Positions 44,010 through 52,903 of a DNA stretch of 57,029 nucleotides are shown here, piece after piece. The translations under genes were made by a program, and so were the position numbers. The first letter of the stretch is position 1. Every line of letters starts with the position of its first letter. The DNA is from a virus. Its lineage: Duplodnaviria; Caudoviricetes. The notes below the pieces were generated by a model. It did not search any database. It saw nothing but the letters and a program-made list of their open reading frames with translations, and was not told where the DNA came from. The stretch spans positions 1 through 57,029 of IMG/VR virus record IMGVR_UViG_3300043425_000238. The stretch is one strand, 5' to 3'.

Positions 44010-45539
44010 TTAGCGATACTCATTAAAATACATGTTAGTCTGTGGCAGCACAATGTGCAAGTGCTTCTTGGCTCTGGTAACGCCTACATAAAACACTCGG
44101 ATCTCGTCATCAGGATTCTTAGTGTATTCTGCATAGCTACGCTTTGCCAGATCAGTAAACACAACCACATGGTCAGCTTCTCCGCCTTTCACGCCATGGA
44201 TGGTTGAAACATGGTGCCTAGGATGCTGCGATAAAGCTTTAGGGCCTCCTTGACGCAGTACCATTAAATAGTACTCACGCTGCTCAAGAGGGATCCCTGT
44301 TAGAGCATCATGCCAAGGACCATCTACTAAGATGCCGTGATCTCGTTTAAGATCTTCCATTTTGTACTCGGCATCATCCAACAATGTCTTGCCGTCTTTG
44401 AATCCCCTCTTGATGCCAACACCAACCTCTAAGAATTCCAAGAAGTTTTTGATGTCATTGCCCAATTGAGGTTTGCCTGCTCTGAGCCGTTCCCAATAAA
44501 CAATAGCTTTGTGTTCCTTGGCTTTGACAGAGCTGCCTTGACTAGTGGTAAAAGTAATGCCTTGCTCAAATAGGTTTCTTTTAATCCCACTTAGTTGATA
44601 CGCATTCCTAGCTAGGTATAGCCAGGTCCCTTCAGCATCAGGGATCATGGTAGGATTCAAATAGTAACTAACAGCGCCTTTGTCTTCTCTAGACGCAAAT
44701 GCCTTATCAAACCTTTTGCCCACTCTCTTGATAATCTTTTGACTAAGCTTGTGGATAGAACTCGGCAGCCGCCATGACTTGGCTAATACTTCCCTCTCGC
44801 CTTCTAAGCTTAGGAATGAATCAACATCTGCACCTGACCATTTATAGATGGCCTGATCATCATCTCCTGCAATATAGATCTCAAGGCAGCCGTTAAATGC
44901 CCGCTTGATCACTTCCCATTGCACCTTGGACAGATCTTGTGCTTCATCAATAATGGCTATGTCAACCTTGGCAGGACGACCTTCAATCAAGTATTCTCTG
45001 AGCATGTCAGTAAAATCCATGAGCCCAGAGTCAAGCTTGTATTCTTTTAGTGCCTTACTAAATTGATTAAGCTGATGCCAACTAAAGTCAGGATACTCCA
45101 ACGAGTCGTACGTCTTCTTTAATGAATCTCCGGTAGACCGTGCAAGATTATCCACAAAGAGCATTTGATCGCCCACAGTACCACCAACAGGCAGTCCTGT
45201 TCCTTCTTCATCGAGTCTTCCATTTAGTGAAATGCCAAGGATCCTAGCAAGATCTTGATAATGCGCAGGACCCATGACAGAGGATCTACTAGCACCGGTT
45301 TGACGAAAACAAAAGCTGTGGACTGTCCTAAAGAATGGTAGATCCTTCTTTGTGAAGCCAAACTTCTTTTCAGCCCTACTAATAGCTTCGTTGACCGCCT
45401 TAGTAGTGAATGACATGTAGGCAATCCTATCAGGAGGAATTCCTGCTGCCAACTTTTGCTCAACTATATCTAGGAGTCTGGTTGTCTTACCACAACCAGG
45501 TGCCCCTAAGATCAGCGTTTGATGCTGACCTATCTTCAT
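44010..45539 (-). CDS. UvrD/Rep-like SF1 helicase
   Basis: GAPGCGKT, SFT.KA, T.HSF, IIDEAQD, GDDDQAIY, S.R.P, STIHGVKGGEAD, YV..TRA. Confidence 0.92.
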   Translation of the reverse strand: MKIGQHQTLILGAPGCGKTTRLLDIVEQKLAAGIPPDRIAYMSFTTKAVNEAISRAEKKFGFTKKDLPFFRTVHSFCFRQTGASRSSVMGPAHYQDLARILGISLNGRLDEEGTGLPVGGTVGDQMLFVDNLARSTGDSLKKTYDSLEYPDFSWHQLNQFSKALKEYKLDSGLMDFTDMLREYLIEGRPAKVDIAIIDEAQDLSKVQWEVIKRAFNGCLEIYIAGDDDQAIYKWSGADVDSFLSLEGEREVLAKSWRLPSSIHKLSQKIIKRVGKRFDKAFASREDKGAVSYYLNPTMIPDAEGTWLYLARNAYQLSGIKRNLFEQGITFTTSQGSSVKAKEHKAIVYWERLRAGKPQLGNDIKNFLEFLEVGVGIKRGFKDGKTLLDDAEYKMEDLKRDHGILVDGPWHDALTGIPLEQREYYLMVLRQGGPKALSQHPRHHVSTIHGVKGGEADHVVVFTDLAKRSYAEYTKNPDDEIRVFYVGVTRAKKHLHIVLPQTNMYFNEYR

Positions 45540-47059
45540 TAGAATTCGCCTTCAACCGATGGTAAGTCAAACTCACTGTCTTGTGCTGTAAAGGCTGGCA
45601 CTGACCAACACTGTACACACTTAGCTTTAATGTTGAACGAATGGTGTTCTGCACCACGTCGACGTAACGCTGACCAGATCTCTTTGCTAGACATGCTTCT
45701 AAAGTGTTGCTGTTCAAGGTATCGTTGGAAGTCAGATCCACGGAAGTAAGTACGACCTTCCTCTGTCCAAGGTTTGCCCATCAGCATCTCTTCTTTAACT
45801 CTAGCTTGTACCATACCTGTACAGAAGTTGTCAAGCATAAACCACATACGGCCTTCTGCCCCTGCATCATCTGGTGCTTCAATGATCTCAACATTACGTA
45901 GCTTTTCACGGATCATCTTTTCCCAAGTGATCGGTTTAATTCTGTTTGGATAGTTGTTGATTCGTTCCATACAGATCTTAGCAAACCTAGCTTGACTTAA
46001 CAAGTCATCAGTATCCAATTCCATACGAACACCGTCAACGTCAATGATCCAAATAGGTGGTTCTGTCATTAGCTTAACCAACGAACCAATGTTGACCATA
46101 GGATCATCTTCATTGCCTTCGCCAATACCAAATTGACGTCCTCGGCATAACTCTTTTGAGCAATGCTCATTCAGTGGAAACTTGTCGCATGGATAGAAAT
46201 AGCTTTTGCGTGATACTGATCTAGTCAGCATCAATACTTCTTTAGATGGCAATGGCGGATTCATAAACTTCTGATTGAATGGATCCATCTCCTTTTCCCA
46301 GTCGTCCGGAAACTTCATTCGGAGGTACACACCAACGGCAAACATGCCTGAGTTACGAGAGCCTTGTGGGAAACCTTGACTGGCTAATGACTGCAAACAC
46401 GGAGGGCCATCCATGAAGTCGTCATCGCCAGTCTTGGTTATTACCAGCTCTTTGAGCTCGTCTTCCGACACTCGCTTAGATTCAGCAAGGTCTAGGAATT
46501 CTTCTAATGTTTTCTTTTCATCGCCAACAATACAATAGCGCTCGGTCTTATCACCAGCAAAGTAAGGCATATTTAGCCAGTTACCTACGTCATTCTTAGA
46601 CGCTAGTCTTACTTGCTTAGGGAAGATCTCAACCTTAGGATAGCCTAACGCTGCTGCGTAGACCATTAACTTAGATCTCATTAGCGTAGCAGGAATTGGT
46701 TCAGAACCAAACAAGTACAAGTGAGCACCGCCTGATTTAGTACGGCAGATAATTAACGGCAGCTTAAACTCGTCAATCTTGTCTTGAATCTTCTTAAAGT
46801 CTATAGGATAGACGTCGATGTCAATGGCACCCCAATTACATGTGCCATCATCCTTGATAGGTACTACGCCTACACCAAGTGTTCCTTGCAAATGTTCTAG
46901 CCAATGTCCTTCAGACACACGGCCTAAAACAGTAGTTGCACGGCCTTCAATCTTACCAGAGCCTTTGACTCCAGTAATGATAAATTGTCCATGGGCTCTG
47001 TCCAAGCCTTCGTATAATACAGCTAGTCTATTCACTAGCTTATTTGTTTTTTCTTTCAT
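45539..47059 (-). CDS. AEP-type primase/primase-polymerase with PriCT-like domain
   Basis: WGAIDID, RTKSGGAHLY, EIFPKQ, GNWLNMPY, GPPCL, G.RN..MF. Confidence 0.75.
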   Translation of the reverse strand: MKEKTNKLVNRLAVLYEGLDRAHGQFIITGVKGSGKIEGRATTVLGRVSEGHWLEHLQGTLGVGVVPIKDDGTCNWGAIDIDVYPIDFKKIQDKIDEFKLPLIICRTKSGGAHLYLFGSEPIPATLMRSKLMVYAAALGYPKVEIFPKQVRLASKNDVGNWLNMPYFAGDKTERYCIVGDEKKTLEEFLDLAESKRVSEDELKELVITKTGDDDFMDGPPCLQSLASQGFPQGSRNSGMFAVGVYLRMKFPDDWEKEMDPFNQKFMNPPLPSKEVLMLTRSVSRKSYFYPCDKFPLNEHCSKELCRGRQFGIGEGNEDDPMVNIGSLVKLMTEPPIWIIDVDGVRMELDTDDLLSQARFAKICMERINNYPNRIKPITWEKMIREKLRNVEIIEAPDDAGAEGRMWFMLDNFCTGMVQARVKEEMLMGKPWTEEGRTYFRGSDFQRYLEQQHFRSMSSKEIWSALRRRGAEHHSFNIKAKCVQCWSVPAFTAQDSEFDLPSVEGEF

Positions 47060-47080
47060 CTTTCTAGCCCTTAAATAATT

Positions 47081-47119
47081 GCCGGTTACGTTTATCCGGC
47101 GTCTTTCGACCGGTTACCG
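47081..47119 (-). other. Structured intergenic element between SSB and primase genes
   Basis: Adjacent hairpins gccgg-N10-ccggc and gtc-tttc-gac (GAAA tetraloop on the minus strand). Confidence 0.4.
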
Positions 47120-47120
47120 C

Positions 47121-47924
47121 TTAAAAGTCTTCTGTTATCTCAACACCAGCGTCAGACATAGGTTGTTGAACCTTGACTTCGCCTGCAGTGATTGATTTTT
47201 GGAATGCTTTGGCAGCAGCGTACAATGCAGGGCTTACAGCACTGACTTCTTCGCCTAAAGTAATCTTATAACCAAACCATGAACCAGCGTCATTTGACTC
47301 AGGCACAGTAGTTAAGGTATACAAATGACTAAACATTGGCTTAGTTTTTACTTGGCCATCTTTACCAGTAAATTTTAAACCGTCCATTTTACTCATCCAT
47401 TGACGCGACTTTTTCAATTGTGAACTAGTCATTGACACTACTGCAGGACTGAATGAACCGTCTGCTTTAGCAATCAACACATAGTGATTGCGTGTATCAA
47501 CTAACACGTCACTAGTCTTAGGATTGATCTCACCTTTATCATCTTGGAAGTATGAACGACCATCGATGTTTTTAACAGTTGAGATAATTGGATCATCTGG
47601 TGTGTATTCAGCTTTAAAACCACCGCCAGTTTCACGAGCGCCCCAGCGAACAAATCGACGAGTGTAGTAACAAGGAATAACTTGTACACCTACATCACCG
47701 CCAACAACTTCTTGAGTAACGCTATTAAATAGTGAGCCTTCTTCTGCGCCTTTAATATAGGCACCATCAGATTTTTTCACTTGAGGTGAACCAGATTGCA
47801 ACACGCTTAAGAACGGTATTGCATAGGCGTCCTTATCAGCTTGCTCAAAACCACTACCAGCATCTTCGTCATAATCAACAACTGCTAATGCCGTATTCTT
47901 TTTTAAATCTACATCTGTAGCCAT
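47121..47924 (-). CDS. Single-stranded DNA-binding protein (putative)
   Basis: IPFL.VLQ..SPQV, M.SSQLKKSR.W, Y.L.TV.ESN..GSWFG, acidic C-terminal tail ending in EDF. Confidence 0.65.
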   Translation of the reverse strand: MATDVDLKKNTALAVVDYDEDAGSGFEQADKDAYAIPFLSVLQSGSPQVKKSDGAYIKGAEEGSLFNSVTQEVVGGDVGVQVIPCYYTRRFVRWGARETGGGFKAEYTPDDPIISTVKNIDGRSYFQDDKGEINPKTSDVLVDTRNHYVLIAKADGSFSPAVVSMTSSQLKKSRQWMSKMDGLKFTGKDGQVKTKPMFSHLYTLTTVPESNDAGSWFGYKITLGEEVSAVSPALYAAAKAFQKSITAGEVKVQQPMSDAGVEITEDF

Positions 47925-47986
47925 AATATTACTCCTAACTTTCTAAAATAACTGCCAAGTTTAGCCTCCGGCAATCTCAAGAGGTA

Positions 47987-48511
47987 CTACTTAATCACAG
48001 CCTTCGAATATGGATAGGCTCCAAACAATTCCAAAGGAACGTCTACACCCTTAGCCATTTGCTCTTTAATAAAAGCTTTTAGCGTTTGAGCATGAACACC
48101 CTCTTTGTCACTGTAATTCATACCATGCTCTTGACAATACTCTTTTAAAGCTTCGGCACTGTCGTCTTCGCCACGCCCAAAGTCAATTGCCACGGTATTT
48201 TTAATCAAATCGCCAAAGCCACTTTCACGCAGCCATGCGTAGGCATCTCTCTTTTTATCAGCCGGAACTGACACAGCCACATCGTCCTTAATGGTGATCT
48301 TGGCTCCATTGTCAAGAGTGAATGCTTTCATGCCGGCTTCCGCCATAGCTGTTGGCAATAGATCTTCTTGCACTAACCTAAGTTCAGCTTCCGCTTGCTT
48401 AAGTTCGTCTTCTTTAACCAATACTGCTCTCTCAGCTTCTTGCTGTCTCTTAGCGAGATTAGCAATTTGCTTTAAGGCATTGTTGGATACACTAATTTCT
48501 AAATCTTCCAT
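47987..48511 (-). CDS. Conserved replication-module protein
   Basis: LP..M.E.G......DG..., A..WLRE.G.GDLIKN.V, VH.QTLKAF..E motifs. Confidence 0.65.
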   Translation of the reverse strand: MEDLEISVSNNALKQIANLAKRQQEAERAVLVKEDELKQAEAELRLVQEDLLPTAMAEAGMKAFTLDNGAKITIKDDVAVSVPADKKRDAYAWLRESGFGDLIKNTVAIDFGRGEDDSAEALKEYCQEHGMNYSDKEGVHAQTLKAFIKEQMAKGVDVPLELFGAYPYSKAVIK

Positions 48512-48870
48512 TATACTGCCTTTCCTGATGTATCAAGTTGAACTGGGATATAAGCCTGTTGGAAACGATCCCACTTTAATAACTTAATCCTTCCGCCTGT
48601 TTTTTCACCTGCAATCATGGCAGCGGCAACCATAATAGATGGATCTCCAATTGGCAACAAATAGTCGTCATCTGAAAAATCTTTAAGCTTCTCACGCAAA
48701 GCTCTAATTACTGGAACAGGTGAGAAGAAAGAATGACCAGGTGGCATTAAGATCTCAACTTGTCCAAACTCTATAGCTGGTGTTAAGTCAAACTCTGATA
48801 CCCACTGGCCATCAACTTTCCTAGCTTTTTCTTGTGTTACGTATACTGCAGGCATCTTAAATCCAATCAA
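48511..48870 (-). CDS. Conserved hypothetical protein downstream of the SNF2 helicase
   Basis: VYV.QE, A.EFG, L.DF..DDYLL..GDP, LKWDR....Y. Confidence 0.65.
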   Translation of the reverse strand: MIGFKMPAVYVTQEKARKVDGQWVSEFDLTPAIEFGQVEILMPPGHSFFSPVPVIRALREKLKDFSDDDYLLPIGDPSIMVAAAMIAGEKTGGRIKLLKWDRFQQAYIPVQLDTSGKAV

Positions 48871-50341
48871 TTAAAGGGTCTTTTGTTATTAGGTTTGCAA
48901 CGTCTTTTTTCATTCTTAGCGCTGCAATAATTCTTTTATCTATCGTGTCAACTGCTTCAATGTCGTAGTATGTCACAGTATTCTTTTGACCAATACGGTG
49001 AGCACGATCCTCAGATTGCAAGCGATCTTCCAAGCTAAATGTGTTGGAATAGTAGATCACGGTACTAGCTTCTGTCAAAGTCAAACCAGTACCGCCAGCT
49101 GCTTGCGTACCAACAAAGAATCTAATCTTGTTGTCTTCTTGGAAGTCCTTCATGGCCTTAGCACGATCGTCTGATGACACGTCGCCATAATACAAGACTG
49201 TCTGGCCTGGATATTCTTCCTCTAGAGCTTCATAAATCAACTGAATGTCTTTTCTAAACCTTGCCCAGATAATAGCTTTGCCTGATGTTTCCTCAAGCAA
49301 TTCCATTAGAGTGCGGATTCTTGGGTTTAAGCTGCCTTTCTCAAAAATAGGAGTCTCGCCATTTTCACCAGGAATAAAGCCGCAAGTGACTTGTTGCAAA
49401 CGCAATACAGCTGTTAGCTTTGACATTGCTTCAAAGTCGCCATTAGCAAATTCAATCCGTAAGTTTTCTTTAATGTCTTTGTAGACAGCTTTTTGTTCTG
49501 GTGCCAAATCAAAGTATCGACGTTGGTAAACCTTGTCAGGTAAATCCAAACAGTCTTTTTTCAATACGCGAAATGAATGTGGCGCTATAAGCTTCTGTAA
49601 TTCGTCTAGATTCTTGTATAAAGGACGACCTTCTTTGTCAGTAGCAATGATCTGTGGAGCACGTCTACCGCCTGTTCTTTGCATAATATGGCGTAAGATA
49701 GGTGATGACTCATCTAACAATTGTGCATATCTAGCTTTAAAGATAAAGAAGCTTGACGTACCTAATATGTCTTCATCTAAAAACATGAACTGACCAAATA
49801 TGTCTAACGGACTTTGAGTGACAGGGGTACCTGTAGCAATAGTCTTGTACTTAGCTAACTTACCAAGTTTAATAATATGCTTTGTACGCTGCGTAGAAAA
49901 GTGTTTAATCTTACTAGATTCATCAACAATCATGTGTGCGCTAAAGGTTCGTAAGAACTTTTCTGCTATCTTCCGGCCTTTCTCAGTGGATAAAGCCTCA
50001 ATGTTCATAGCAAGGACGCGCAGATCAGCACCTGGATCGTATAGTTTTTCGTACGTCTTACGTTCTTCTACCTTCATAGAAGATGCGTACCACGCGCTTC
50101 TGGCACACGCATAATCTGGCATGTGCTTAGGGATCTCGTTAATAATCCAATTACGATGCACTCCGTTAGGCGCAATAACTAACAATGCATTGATCTGACC
50201 TTTACCGTATAGGTATGCAGTCTTGTCAATAGCAATTTTTGTCTTACCTGTTCCTTGCTCACACAACAATGCAAACGACTTTAAATCTTTAGAGACGTTA
50301 AATGCTTCTAATTGATGTGCCAATGGTTTTGTCTTAAACAC
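48857..50341 (-). CDS. SNF2-family (SF2) helicase
   Basis: P..HQ, EQGTGKT, IVDESS, TGTP, GGTGLTLT, QSEDRAHRIGQ; GTG start. Confidence 0.92.
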   Translation of the reverse strand: MFKTKPLAHQLEAFNVSKDLKSFALLCEQGTGKTKIAIDKTAYLYGKGQINALLVIAPNGVHRNWIINEIPKHMPDYACARSAWYASSMKVEERKTYEKLYDPGADLRVLAMNIEALSTEKGRKIAEKFLRTFSAHMIVDESSKIKHFSTQRTKHIIKLGKLAKYKTIATGTPVTQSPLDIFGQFMFLDEDILGTSSFFIFKARYAQLLDESSPILRHIMQRTGGRRAPQIIATDKEGRPLYKNLDELQKLIAPHSFRVLKKDCLDLPDKVYQRRYFDLAPEQKAVYKDIKENLRIEFANGDFEAMSKLTAVLRLQQVTCGFIPGENGETPIFEKGSLNPRIRTLMELLEETSGKAIIWARFRKDIQLIYEALEEEYPGQTVLYYGDVSSDDRAKAMKDFQEDNKIRFFVGTQAAGGTGLTLTEASTVIYYSNTFSLEDRLQSEDRAHRIGQKNTVTYYDIEAVDTIDKRIIAALRMKKDVANLITKDPLIDWI

Positions 50342-50359
50342 GTTCTATCCTTTCTAATG

Positions 50360-50486
50360 CCATCATGCTTGATGGTGTGACCAATATATCAAAGATCTTT
50401 TACGTCGTATACAGGATTTTTAACAAAAAAAGTTGTTTTACTTCTCTAAAACGCGTGATATATTGGTCACGTCAACATTCGTTGAC
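50360..50486. promoter_or_regulatory. Symmetric divergent promoter pair with 15-bp perfect inverted repeat
   Basis: gtgaccaatatatca (50377-50391) and tgatatattggtcac (50456-50470), each containing TGaTATATT and followed outward by a small hairpin. Confidence 0.6.
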
Positions 50487-50493
50487 TCCAAAC

Positions 50494-50810
50494 AATATCA
50501 GCAGTATTAGCAAAATATCAGCAAAGTGCGCAATGTAAACAGCTTCCTAATTAGCCACAGACCAAAGATGGGTCTAGCTTTTGCTCAAAAAGTATTTGCT
50601 TGTATATATAGGAATAAATGATACTAATTGTTGTGCGTTTTTATTTCGCGGTTTTACTAATACTGCTGATATTTGCTCCTATATATGTAGACCTGGTCAA
50701 CCTTTCGGGCTAATTAGCTAGTTTTAAAAACTATATCAGGAAACGCGTACTAATATCTTAATAAAATCAACAAGTTATCTCTTCAAAAAACTAAGAAATA
50801 TTAGTAAGTT
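50494..50810. repeat. Iteron-rich non-coding element B (origin-like)
   Basis: aatatcagcagtattagcaaaatatcagca and inverted tactaatactgctgatatttgct; diverged inverted copy of element A. Confidence 0.7.
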
Positions 50811-50835
50811 TGTAAGTTATTGAATTTTAAATAAT

Positions 50836-50861
50836 AAAAAACCCGCAACTTTGTGCGGGTT
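50836..50861 (-). terminator. Rho-independent terminator ending the late operon
   Basis: aacccgca-actttg-tgcgggtt followed on the minus strand by a U run. Confidence 0.75.
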
Positions 50862-50882
50862 CCTTGTGTTTCCTACTAGCTT

Positions 50883-52901
50883 TTAACGTTCACCGCCACC
50901 ACCGCCTGATCCTTGTTTCCAAGAATTGTAGTAGTCCATGAGTTCGTTTAGCATGATGTCGCCACCTGAAACTTCACTTGAATCAACCATCGGGGTAGCA
51001 GTACCGCCAGTTGTACCACCAATCGTGCCTTTAACAACAGCTTCACCGGCAATACGCTTAGCGTTTTCAGCTTTCTCACGTTTTTCAATTGCTTTAACAA
51101 CAGCAGCAACTTCAGTAGGGGATCCTGCAGACAACATGTCAGCCATCTTACCCATGACTTGAGGCGAGACCTTGTCTTCACCGTGAACCAGGAATTTAAC
51201 AATTGATCCCACGATGTTACCAGGACCAGTTGATGGCGCAGCTTCTACCCTTTGAATAGCTTCAGCTTTAGGTGTTGTACGGGATCCTGCTAAAGCGTCG
51301 CCTGCTCTACTATAGAATAGTGCTTCTTTTTCCAAGGCTGCTTTAATCAACGCGTATTCTTCAGGTGTATCAAACATCGCCTGCAGTTTATTGCCCATTT
51401 TGTCAGAACGCAAAATTGTGCCAGCAGCGTTAGGTTTATCAAAGATAGTGTCTTGTAAGTATCTCATGGCACCCGTTCTAAATGCTTGTTTTTCAGCATC
51501 AGATGCGGTAGACAAGAATTTAGTGATCTCTTCTTGTTTTAACTTGTTAAAGTCTTTCATGCCCATAGTTAAAGCATCTTTGACTTCAAGGTCGCCTGCA
51601 TACTTAGCTCTAGCAGCGGCATAAGCAGGAACGTTCTCATCGATAGCGTTAACAAATTCTTTGCGTAAGTTCTTCAAGGCGTTAGCTTCAGCTGAAGACA
51701 TGCCTTCGCCTTTGTAGCCTTTTTCAATGACAGAATCAATACCGCGCTTGATATAGTCTAACGTGCGAACATCAGGGATCTCTTTCAATTCCATCTCAAA
51801 GATGCCAGGCTTAACTTCCTTAGGTACATACACTTCTTTTAGTTTGTACTTAGCTGGATCTTCACCACGCAATTTTGCAGCTGCAGCTTCAGTAGAAGCA
51901 ATAGACTTAGCATCTTCGAAGGCAGCTTTAAACTTAGGATGGTTTAATACTTCTAAGATCCTTGGATCCTTAACTTCGCCAAAGTCGTAAGCTTCATCGT
52001 ACATAGTCTTGGCATTAGTACGAAGCTCTGAAGTCAATTCGTCAGATGTAGTAAAGTAGTCTTTTGGTTTTAACTTGTCTTTGAAACGCTGCTCAACTCG
52101 TTTTGTTTCACCACGTTGTTGTGTTTGTAGTTTACCTGCAAGCTTGCCAGCTTCTTGTGTACCAGCCTTCGCCACGACAGCCTCAGTAGTAGAAGGAAGG
52201 TAGTTAGCCACCATAGAAGGAATGCCAAGACGTTGATAGTCTTCTTGACTAAAGTTCTTAAGATCTTCAGTGGTCAAGCCAGCATTACGCATCTCATCAA
52301 TTAGTTTATTTGTACCTACATTAGTAGCACCACGCTCTGATGGACCTGTTAAATTGCGCAAAGCAAAGCTACCAATATTCTTACCAGCAGTTGCTAAGAT
52401 AGGAAGGCCTGCACCGAACAATGTACCGCCTAGGCCGCCGATCACAGCGCCAGTTCCACGGCTGCCAGGTTCAGCAGACAAGGCACCACCAACTGTGCCA
52501 TAACCTGCACCAACCTTAGCACCACTAAGAACAGGATTAGCAGGATTAAATGCTACGCCTTGACGAAGACGGTCTAATGCACCGATTAAACGTGGAGCAG
52601 TCACAGATTCTAGAGGTGGAATAAACGAAGTCAAGACTGAAGGAACAGCCGCGCCAAGGAATTCTTGGGTAGCTGCTGCAGCTGGATACTGCGCTGCAAA
52701 GCTTCTAACCTTGCCAATTGCTTTTTGACGTTCTTCTTCGTATGGACGACCGGTTAACTTAGATTTAACCCAAGCTTCTAGTTCATCGCCACCTCCCATG
52801 GCCATACCTTGACCAAAGAAGGTACGAGCGTCAAAAGGGGCGCTAGGAGTATAGTCCCTGACCTCTCCGCCTGGTAAAACGTACTGACGTTGTTCAGCCA
52901 T
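50883..52901 (-). CDS. Putative internal virion/ejection protein (672 aa)
   Basis: GQG...G.GDEL.A, Gly-rich hydrophobic segment, helical body, GS.T motif; last gene of the virion operon. Confidence 0.6.
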   Translation of the reverse strand: MAEQRQYVLPGGEVRDYTPSAPFDARTFFGQGMAMGGGDELEAWVKSKLTGRPYEEERQKAIGKVRSFAAQYPAAAATQEFLGAAVPSVLTSFIPPLESVTAPRLIGALDRLRQGVAFNPANPVLSGAKVGAGYGTVGGALSAEPGSRGTGAVIGGLGGTLFGAGLPILATAGKNIGSFALRNLTGPSERGATNVGTNKLIDEMRNAGLTTEDLKNFSQEDYQRLGIPSMVANYLPSTTEAVVAKAGTQEAGKLAGKLQTQQRGETKRVEQRFKDKLKPKDYFTTSDELTSELRTNAKTMYDEAYDFGEVKDPRILEVLNHPKFKAAFEDAKSIASTEAAAAKLRGEDPAKYKLKEVYVPKEVKPGIFEMELKEIPDVRTLDYIKRGIDSVIEKGYKGEGMSSAEANALKNLRKEFVNAIDENVPAYAAARAKYAGDLEVKDALTMGMKDFNKLKQEEITKFLSTASDAEKQAFRTGAMRYLQDTIFDKPNAAGTILRSDKMGNKLQAMFDTPEEYALIKAALEKEALFYSRAGDALAGSRTTPKAEAIQRVEAAPSTGPGNIVGSIVKFLVHGEDKVSPQVMGKMADMLSAGSPTEVAAVVKAIEKREKAENAKRIAGEAVVKGTIGGTTGGTATPMVDSSEVSGGDIMLNELMDYYNSWKQGSGGGGGER

Positions 52902-52903
52902 GT

